A DNA stretch of 33,012 nt from Acidimicrobiia bacterium (GTDB taxonomy: Bacteria; Actinomycetota; Acidimicrobiia; Spongiisociales; Spongiisociaceae): contig JBFGLM010000049.1 in assembly GCA_041576165.1 (NCBI GenBank), positions 1 to 33,012 on the forward strand, in the 5' to 3' direction. Made by a program: the position numbers and the translations under genes. The notes beneath the pieces are model-generated. The model saw only the letters and a program-made list of their open reading frames with translations, did not search any database and was not told the origin of the DNA. Shown piece after piece: positions 26,615-33,012 of the stretch (the stretch's first letter is position 1; each line of letters opens with the position of its first letter).

Positions 26615-27313
26615 ATGACCAACCCCACCATCGGCACGAGAGATGCGTGGAGATCCGCCCGCATCGAGCTGCTGGCACGCGAGAAAGAACTGAACCGGCT
26701 GCGAGATGAGCTCGCCGCCGCCCGACGGGAGCTGCCATGGGTGCCGGTCGAGAAGAACTACGAGTTCGACACGACGGAGGGCCGCAAGACCCTGGCGGAC
26801 CTCTTCGATGGGCGCAGCCAGCTGCTCGTGTACCACTTCATGATGGGACCCGATTGGGAAGAAGGATGTCCGAGCTGCTCCTTCTGGGCCGATACGTACG
26901 AGGGCAACGACGTCCATCTGGCCGCCCGCGACGTCACATTCGTGTGCGCATCGCGCGCGCCGCTGAGCTCCATCGAGGCATACAAGAAGCGGATGGGCTG
27001 GACGTTCGAATGGGTGTCGTCGGCGCCCGGCGACTTCAACTTCGACTTCGGGGTGTCGTTCACGGAGGAGCAGCGGAAAGCAGGGGCTGAGTACAACTTC
27101 CGCACCGGTGAGGACTGGGGCGAGGAGGCGCCCGGGCTCAGCGCATTCGCTATGCGGGACGGCGCGCTCTACCACACCTATTCGACGTACTCTCGTGGCC
27201 TCGACCCGCTCAACGGCGCCTACCAGCTGTTGGACCTGGCACCCTACGGCCGCAACGAAGCCGATCTGGAGTGGCCGATGGCGTGGCTGCGCCGCCACGA
27301 CGCGTACGTTTGA
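26615..27313 (+). CDS. DUF899 family thioredoxin-like protein
   Basis: RRELPWV, LADLFDGRSQLLVYHFM, GCPSCS, YHTYSTYSRG, LDLAPYGRNE, WLRRHDAY; GGAGG RBS. Confidence 0.93.
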   Translation: MTNPTIGTRDAWRSARIELLAREKELNRLRDELAAARRELPWVPVEKNYEFDTTEGRKTLADLFDGRSQLLVYHFMMGPDWEEGCPSCSFWADTYEGNDVHLAARDVTFVCASRAPLSSIEAYKKRMGWTFEWVSSAPGDFNFDFGVSFTEEQRKAGAEYNFRTGEDWGEEAPGLSAFAMRDGALYHTYSTYSRGLDPLNGAYQLLDLAPYGRNEADLEWPMAWLRRHDAYV

Positions 27314-27386
27314 CGAAAGGCCCCCGCCGGCCGGAGTACCAATGCGGTACAGCGGCGGGTATGTGGTTCAATCTGGCTGAAGCCCC

Positions 27387-28604
27387 ATGCCAGTCGTAGA
27401 TCTCGCCATCATCGGCGCCGGCCCGGCCGGTGCTGCGGCCGCCATCCAGGCCGCCCGCTCCGGCGCCCGCGTCGTCGTGTTCGACAAAGCCCCGTACGGG
27501 CGCGACAAGGTGTGTGGCGACGGCCTCACGCCGCGGGCCGTCGGCGCATTGGGCGAGCTGAAGATCGACCTCGAGGGCGCTCACTTCATCGAAGGCCTTC
27601 GCATGATCGCCGGGAAGACCGAGCGTCAGCTCCAGTGGCCCGGCACTGCGCGATTCCCGGCCTACGGGGCCGTTTGGCCCCGCCGCCGCCTGGACGCGGC
27701 TCTGATCGACGCTGCCCAGGAAGCCGGAGCCCGGCTGGTATGGAAGACCGAGGCCTTGCCGATCCTGGAAGGTGGCCGCGTCGTGGGGGTCGAGGCCGGC
27801 GGCGATCGCTGGCCGGCGGGTATGACCGTCGCCGCCACCGGAGCGCCCGGCCAGGTCGCCCGCATGCTGGGCGCCGTTCGGGTGCCGGAAGAGCCCTACG
27901 GGATCGCGATTCGCAGCTATGTCGAATCGCCCCGCCATGCCGATCGTCACCTCGAGGCCTGCCTCACGATGCACGATGCCAACGGCAACTCGGTCCCGGG
28001 CTACGGCTGGCTTTTCCCGGCCGGAGACGGGACCGTCAACATCGGTGTCGGCGCGCTTTCCACCATGAAAGGGTTCAAGTCTCTGAACTTGAACAGCCTC
28101 ATCGACATCTACTACGACCAGGTGCGCGACAACTGGGGTTTGGGTCCCTACCTGGAGCGGCCCCGAGCATGGCGTCTCCCCATGAGCGTGCAGCGGCGAC
28201 ACGGCCCGGGCTGGGTGGCGATCGGCGATGCGGCGGGGCTGATCAATCCCATGAACGGGGAGGGCATCGATTACGGCCTCGAGTCAGGCATGCTGGCCGC
28301 TGATCTATTCATGGACGATCCGGCGACAGCCCCCGACCGCTACAACCAGTTGATCGGCGAGCGATTCGACCAATTCCTGCGCACCGGCCGGCGCTTCTCG
28401 TTCCTGATCGGACATCCGCTGATCCTCAAGGCCGGCCTGCGCCTGGCCGTGGGCACCCAATCCATCGCCAACATCACGCTGCGGGTCATGGGCAATCTGG
28501 TCGACTCCGAAACACCGGGCGCCGCCGGCAAAGTGCTGACTGCTGCCGACCGGCTGCTGGCGGCCGCCGACCCGATTCTGCGCTCGACCCGCGCCCGGCG
28601 CTGA
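27387..28604 (+). CDS. Geranylgeranyl reductase family FAD oxidoreductase (MenJ-like)
   Basis: GAGPAG, RDKVCGDGLTPRAV, YGWLFP, GDAAGLINPMNGEGIDYGLESG. Confidence 0.9.
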   Translation: MPVVDLAIIGAGPAGAAAAIQAARSGARVVVFDKAPYGRDKVCGDGLTPRAVGALGELKIDLEGAHFIEGLRMIAGKTERQLQWPGTARFPAYGAVWPRRRLDAALIDAAQEAGARLVWKTEALPILEGGRVVGVEAGGDRWPAGMTVAATGAPGQVARMLGAVRVPEEPYGIAIRSYVESPRHADRHLEACLTMHDANGNSVPGYGWLFPAGDGTVNIGVGALSTMKGFKSLNLNSLIDIYYDQVRDNWGLGPYLERPRAWRLPMSVQRRHGPGWVAIGDAAGLINPMNGEGIDYGLESGMLAADLFMDDPATAPDRYNQLIGERFDQFLRTGRRFSFLIGHPLILKAGLRLAVGTQSIANITLRVMGNLVDSETPGAAGKVLTAADRLLAAADPILRSTRARR

Positions 28605-28694
28605 CTGGCTTTCGGCCGTCATTCGAGGGTCGAGCGGCGGTAACGTTGGATCACTGACAGCCCGCCAGGGCTGGCGGGCCGGAAGGGAGTGATC

Positions 28695-30059
28695 ATGGCG
28701 AGAACCGTCCCCGGCTCGGCCGGGTCGAACCTCGAGTCCTACTTCAAGCTGGCGGAGCGGGGCACTACGGTCGGAACCGAAGTCCGGGCAGGTGTGGCCA
28801 CGTTCCTGGTGATGGCGTACATCATCTTCTTGAATCCGGCCATCCTCAGCGCCGCGGGCTATGACCCGGCCGGCGTGGCGGCGGCGACGGCGTTGGTGGC
28901 CGGGATCATGAGCCTGGCGATGGGCATCGTGGCCAACTATCCCCTGGCGATGGCGGCCGGCCTCGGCATCAACGGGGCAGTGGCGTTCGGGTTGGTGCTG
29001 GGCGATGGTCTCAGCCTCGAGGGCGCGATGGGGGTGATCGTGCTCGAGGGCGTCGTCGTCACGCTCCTGGTGCTGGCCGGTTTCCGGGAAGCGGTCATGG
29101 CGGCGGTCCCCAACAGCCTCAAATATGCGATCGGCGTGGGCATCGGCCTGTTCATTCTGTTCATCGGGTTCGTCAACGGAGGATTGATCCGCCAGCCGGC
29201 CGGTGACGGGCCGGTGCCGGTGGAGTTCATATTCCCCAACTCGGCGCCGGCGACCCTGACGCTGATCGGTCTGGTGATCACGGTGCTGCTCTACGTGCGA
29301 AAGGTGAGAGGCGCGCTCATCATCGCGATCCTGGTCAACTCTGGAATTGGGTTGATCATCGGGGTGCAGGAGTTTCCCGACAGCCTGTCGCTGGCCCCGA
29401 CCTTCAACACGATCGGCGACTTCGATCTGGGCAACGTCTTCGAAGTGCTCGGGTTCCTCACCGCGTTGCTGACCATCTTCAGCTTCATGCTCACCGACTT
29501 CTTCGACACGATGGGCACGGCCACCGCCATTGCCGAGCAGGCAGATCTGGTGGAGGAAGACGGCACGCTGCCCGACGTCGGCAAGATGCTGCTGGTCGAT
29601 TCGCTGGGCGCGGCCGCCGGGGGCGTGGCGGGCGTCAGCTCCAACACCAGCTACATCGAGAGCGCGGCCGGGGTCGCCGAAGGGGGCCGTACCGGGCTCA
29701 CGTCGGTGGTCGTCGGTGTGCTCTTCCTGATCGCGGTCTTCGTCACGCCGCTCGCCACACTGGTCCCATTCTCGGCCACCGCACCCGTACTCATCTTGAT
29801 CGGCTTTCTGATGGCCAACCTCATCAGGGAGATCGACTTTGCGGATCTCGAAGAGGGCTTCCCGGCGCTGCTGGCAATCGTGCTGATGCCGCTCACCTAC
29901 AGCATCACCGTCGGTATCGGGGCCGGTTTCGTGATGCACACGCTGATCAAGGTGATCAGAGGCAAAGTGGGGGAAGTGCCGCTGCTGATGTGGATCGTCT
30001 CCGCCGCGTTTGTGGTGTACTTCGCGCAGGCGCTGCTCGGAACAACGATCTCGGGCTGA
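28695..30059 (+). CDS. NCS2 family (AzgA/PbuG-type) purine permease
   Basis: TEVRAGVATFLVMAYIIFLNP, DFFDTMGT, YIESAAGVAEGGRTGLT, MPLTYSI; start 28689 or 28695. Confidence 0.95.
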   Translation: MARTVPGSAGSNLESYFKLAERGTTVGTEVRAGVATFLVMAYIIFLNPAILSAAGYDPAGVAAATALVAGIMSLAMGIVANYPLAMAAGLGINGAVAFGLVLGDGLSLEGAMGVIVLEGVVVTLLVLAGFREAVMAAVPNSLKYAIGVGIGLFILFIGFVNGGLIRQPAGDGPVPVEFIFPNSAPATLTLIGLVITVLLYVRKVRGALIIAILVNSGIGLIIGVQEFPDSLSLAPTFNTIGDFDLGNVFEVLGFLTALLTIFSFMLTDFFDTMGTATAIAEQADLVEEDGTLPDVGKMLLVDSLGAAAGGVAGVSSNTSYIESAAGVAEGGRTGLTSVVVGVLFLIAVFVTPLATLVPFSATAPVLILIGFLMANLIREIDFADLEEGFPALLAIVLMPLTYSITVGIGAGFVMHTLIKVIRGKVGEVPLLMWIVSAAFVVYFAQALLGTTISG

Positions 30060-30067
30060 CGACTCTC

Positions 30068-30095
30068 GAGGGGTGCGGGGCGCCCGGCACCCCTC
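30068..30095 (+). other. Intercistronic hairpin between permease and deaminase
   Basis: GAGGGGTGC / GCACCCCTC 9-bp stem followed by CCTCTT. Confidence 0.45.
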
Positions 30096-30113
30096 CCTCT
30101 TGCTGGAGTGGGA

Positions 30114-31118
30114 ATGGAAGAATTCATCCGGGGCCTCCCGAAGGCCGAACTGCACGTCCACATCGAGGGAACCCTCGAGCCCGAGTTGATGATGGAACTC
30201 GCGGCTCGCAACGACGTGGAAACTCCGTTCGGTTCCGTCGAGGAAGCCCGCAATGCCTACGACTTCGACGATCTTCAATCGTTTCTCGACATCTATTACG
30301 CCGCGGCCCAGGTGCTGCAAACGAAGCAAGACTTTGCCGATTTGATGACCGCCTATCTCGACCGGGCGGTGGCCGACAGCGTTCGCCACGCCGAGATCTT
30401 CTTCGATCCCCAGACCCACACCGAGCGGGGGATCGACATCGGCGTGGTGATCGAAGGTCTGGCCGATGGTCAGGCCGCTCGGGCCGTGGAGATCTCCTCG
30501 ACGCTGATTCTCTGCTTCCTGCGCCACCTGCCGGCCGACGCCGCAGTCGCAACCTTGGAGTCCGCTCGCCCTTATCTGGACTACTTCGCGGGCGTGGGGC
30601 TCGACTCGTCAGAGTCCGGGTACCCACCCGGGCTGTTTCAGGTGCCCTTCGCGCAGGCTGAGGAACTGGGTTTGCGGCTCGTAGCGCACGCCGGGGAGGA
30701 GGGCCCGGCCGAGTACGTGTGGGACGCGTTGGATGTTCTGGGCGTGGAGCGAATCGATCATGGCGTGCGGGCCGAGGACGACCCGGCCCTGATCGAGCGA
30801 CTGGCGGCCGAGCAGATCCCGCTGACGATGTGTCCGCTGTCCAACCAGAAGCTGCGAGTTACACCTGATCTCACGCAACACAATCTCAAGCGCCTCCTGG
30901 ATCGCGGGGTTCGAGTGAGCATCAACTCGGACGATCCGGCGTATTTCGGCGGGTATATCGGGGACAACTACGTGGCAGCGGCTGCGGCGCTGGGGTTGAG
31001 CCGGGCCGATGTCGTACACGTGGCACGGAACTCGATTGAGTCTTCGTTCCTAGACGAGGTTCGCAAGGCCCAGCTACGGACCGAGATAGACAGGTACATA
31101 GCGAGCGACGATCCCTGA
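30114..31118 (+). CDS. add: Adenosine/adenine deaminase family (likely adenine deaminase subtype)
   Basis: LPKAELHVHIEG, FDDLQSFLDIYY, AHAGEE, RIDHG, CPLSN, NSDDPAYFGGY; start 30108 or 30114. Confidence 0.92.
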   Translation: MEEFIRGLPKAELHVHIEGTLEPELMMELAARNDVETPFGSVEEARNAYDFDDLQSFLDIYYAAAQVLQTKQDFADLMTAYLDRAVADSVRHAEIFFDPQTHTERGIDIGVVIEGLADGQAARAVEISSTLILCFLRHLPADAAVATLESARPYLDYFAGVGLDSSESGYPPGLFQVPFAQAEELGLRLVAHAGEEGPAEYVWDALDVLGVERIDHGVRAEDDPALIERLAAEQIPLTMCPLSNQKLRVTPDLTQHNLKRLLDRGVRVSINSDDPAYFGGYIGDNYVAAAAALGLSRADVVHVARNSIESSFLDEVRKAQLRTEIDRYIASDDP

Positions 31119-31224
31119 GCGGAGCGGGTGGCGGGAGCCGGGTGGGCCCGGACGAGGTCCAAGGTCCCGCCACGAGGGACTTTTTGCAGCTACAGCTGCC
31201 GTTTCGTCGGGCCGATACTTAGCT

Positions 31225-31242
31225 TTGTGAAATTCTTCACAA
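31225..31242. promoter_or_regulatory. Rex operator
   Basis: TTGTGAA-ATTC-TTCACAA, an exact match to the Rex consensus TTGTGAAnnnnTTCACAA, 17 nt upstream of ATG 31260. Confidence 0.82.
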
Positions 31243-31259
31243 GCTCAGTGAAAGGAGCA

Positions 31260-31964
31260 ATGATGGCAAGGCGTTTGCGCACACTGGGCGTCGCGCTCGG
31301 CATCCTCGGATTGATCTTTTTGATCGCGAGCGGTGTCGCCTACGCTCGTACGCAACAGGGATTGTCTTCGTTGGAGCAGTTCAGCGAAGCACAGAACGTC
31401 ACTCTGAACTACAACGATGAAGGCCAGCTCGTCGACCGTGGTACCACAGAAGGTGCCGACGCGATCATGACCCTGCTGGAGGAGGACTGGGGCTATCCGG
31501 TCAACATGGGTCAGCTCGATCCGGCCGACCCGGTCGTGAACACTCCATCTGAGTACATGTACCAGCTGGCGACCATCAGCTACCACGTCCTACATGGGAC
31601 ACAGACCGTCGTCCTGGACGAAGCGGTCGAGTACAACGGTGAGGTATTCCAGCCCGGCACCTATGAGTTTGAGGTCGACGGGCGGTACTGGACCGACTTC
31701 GATCGTCAGCATCCGATCGAGGGCCCGGCCCGGAGCCAGGCATGGTCGGGCACCGTCCACGGGTTGGTCGGTGAACTAGGTGTCGGCGTGGCCGCCTACA
31801 CCAGCATTCAGCTGGGCACGGCGCTCGCCGGGGCCTTCGGCGCCCTGGGTCTGGTCTCGATCCTCGTCGGATTGGGTCTGTTCTGGGCAGCCAAGGGCAC
31901 CGAGTTCCCGATGCTGGCGGAAACACCCGCAGGCGCGAAGAAAGAGCCCAGCCCGATGGTCTGA
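31260..31964 (+). CDS. Hypothetical membrane protein (N- and C-terminal TM, acidic extracytoplasmic loop)
   Basis: AAAGGAG before ATGATG at 31260; coherent 234-aa frame; family not confidently recognised. Confidence 0.85.
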   Translation: MMARRLRTLGVALGILGLIFLIASGVAYARTQQGLSSLEQFSEAQNVTLNYNDEGQLVDRGTTEGADAIMTLLEEDWGYPVNMGQLDPADPVVNTPSEYMYQLATISYHVLHGTQTVVLDEAVEYNGEVFQPGTYEFEVDGRYWTDFDRQHPIEGPARSQAWSGTVHGLVGELGVGVAAYTSIQLGTALAGAFGALGLVSILVGLGLFWAAKGTEFPMLAETPAGAKKEPSPMV

Positions 31965-31988
31965 CCGTCGTACAGAACACACGTCATT

Positions 31989-32019
31989 GACGTTGGGGCC
32001 CTGGAGGGGCCCCAACGTC
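31989..32019. terminator. Bidirectional terminator-like hairpin
   Basis: Perfect 13-bp GACGTTGGGGCCC-TGGAG-GGGCCCCAACGTC between convergent genes. Confidence 0.75.
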
Positions 32020-32041
32020 GCGTCTGCTCCGACCCGGCGGG

Positions 32042-33012
32042 TCATGGGACCAGTGCGTAGACCTCTCCCAAGGCATCGGCCTGTGCAGCATTGGGCGCAC
32101 CCCCCACCACATAGACAGTCCCCCCGATCGCAGCCGCAGCCACGCCGTGGGTCGGGCGGGGAAGTGATGGCCCCGCCAGCCACGCGTCGGCCACGGGATC
32201 GTATATCTCCACCGACGCCAGGGCGGATCGGCTTTCGAGGAGCTCCCCGCCGACGACAAAAAGGGAGGCGCCCGTAGCGGCCATGGCATGTCCTGCTCGT
32301 GCCTCATCGAGCGGCTCGACCCCTGACCACACATCCGAGGCGGGGTCGTAGCGGTACACCGCAGCCGACTCTCCGGTCCCGCGCCAGCGTCCTCCGCTGA
32401 CGTAGATCTGGCCTTTCAACGCCGCGACCGCGAAGTGCTCGAGCGGTTCTGGAAGTGGAGCTCGTTCGTGCCAGCTGGATTCTCGCGGGCGGAATTCGAG
32501 AACCGCCTGCGGCCGACCGGTCCCGGCGATGACAAAGATCGAGTCGCCCAGCGTGACTGCGCCGCCGGCTCCCATAGCAGCCGGCATATTCACGTCCGGC
32601 TCCCACGAGTCGCGTGCCGAGTCATATCGCCACGTGTCATTCTGGGGCACCCACCCCCGCTCGCTCAACCCACCGAAGACATAGACGGAGCGGTCGTGGG
32701 AGGCGACCATCAGGTGATGGCGGCGGGCCGGCATCGGGGCTGCGGTCGACCATTCATTGGTGTCCGGGTCGAACACCTCCATGGTGTCGAACGCGCGGGC
32801 TCGCCCGATCGTGCTGAGGCCCCCGGCGAAGTAGATACGCTCGTCCAGGACCGCCACCGGCGCTTCAGATCGCGGCACGCGCATCGATTCACGTTGGTGC
32901 CAGCCGGCCGGTTCAGCGCCGGCGATCGTGGCGACGTTGGATGGCGCCGGTTTTGGCGATTCGGTCCCGGACGGCTCGGATCCGGCCCCGCAGGCAGCGG
33001 CGAGGAGCGCCA
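32042..33012 (-). CDS. Kelch-repeat beta-propeller lipoprotein, 5' end outside the window
   Basis: Six Kelch units (IYFAGG, VYVFGG, IFVIAG, IYVSGG, LFVVGG, VYVVGG with YDP...W). The frame is open to the edge and reads ALLAAACGAGS (lipobox). Confidence 0.9.
   Translation of the reverse strand, partial: ALLAAACGAGSEPSGTESPKPAPSNVATIAGAEPAGWHQRESMRVPRSEAPVAVLDERIYFAGGLSTIGRARAFDTMEVFDPDTNEWSTAAPMPARRHHLMVASHDRSVYVFGGLSERGWVPQNDTWRYDSARDSWEPDVNMPAAMGAGGAVTLGDSIFVIAGTGRPQAVLEFRPRESSWHERAPLPEPLEHFAVAALKGQIYVSGGRWRGTGESAAVYRYDPASDVWSGVEPLDEARAGHAMAATGASLFVVGGELLESRSALASVEIYDPVADAWLAGPSLPRPTHGVAAAAIGGTVYVVGGAPNAAQADALGEVYALVP

Noticed and set aside
26615-27313. Second selenoprotein among the redox-motif genes (DUF899 CPSC, GNAT CWC)
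   Set aside because: These cysteines are ordinary TGT/TGC codons and the genes end at the expected family C-termini.
28605-28694. Purine riboswitch upstream of the NCS2 permease
   Set aside because: No three-way junction or conserved purine-aptamer core; only one simple hairpin.
28305-30527. 740-aa minus-strand ORF
   Set aside because: Antisense shadow of the NCS2 permease and deaminase genes, typical of high-GC DNA; no motifs.
1-33012. Mobile element, prophage or defence system
   Set aside because: No transposase, integrase, phage structural or nuclease genes recognised; composition looks uniform apart from short AT-rich promoter patches.

Overview
High-GC chromosomal segment with an actinobacterial gene repertoire (Acidimicrobiia-like by impression, not by search). 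It holds about 30 CDSs and no rRNA, tRNA, CRISPR, phage or IS element that I can see. In order: a truncated REC-HisKA-HATPase kinase missed by the ORF track; EamA transporter and LLM oxidoreductase; an orphan secreted protein with four TSST repeats; a DoxX-like/MMPL/cupredoxin/NarL-type two-component cluster; PhyH dioxygenase; repeat lipoprotein; SGNH hydrolase; TetR-VOC pair; YtfJ-like protein; HTH-PBP regulator with modABC; a DUF3179 gene; Yip1-like and DUF2089 genes; GNAT; rsgA; 2TM protein; acyltransferase; K+ channel; DUF899; geranylgeranyl reductase; NCS2 permease with adenine/adenosine deaminase; a membrane protein; and a truncated Kelch lipoprotein. The strongest hidden signal is that ORFs 19695-20075 and 20094-20717 form one DUF3179 gene. 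Its in-frame TGA lies at the first Cys of a CxxC motif (W-U-P-L-C) and is followed by a perfect 9-bp hairpin, so it is very likely a selenoprotein with a bacterial SECIS, directly downstream of modABC. Other signals are a perfect Rex operator with DosR-like boxes before an unknown membrane protein, a leader peptide with alternative pairings before rsgA, and candidate operators for several local regulators. Family calls come from motif recognition only; no searches were run.
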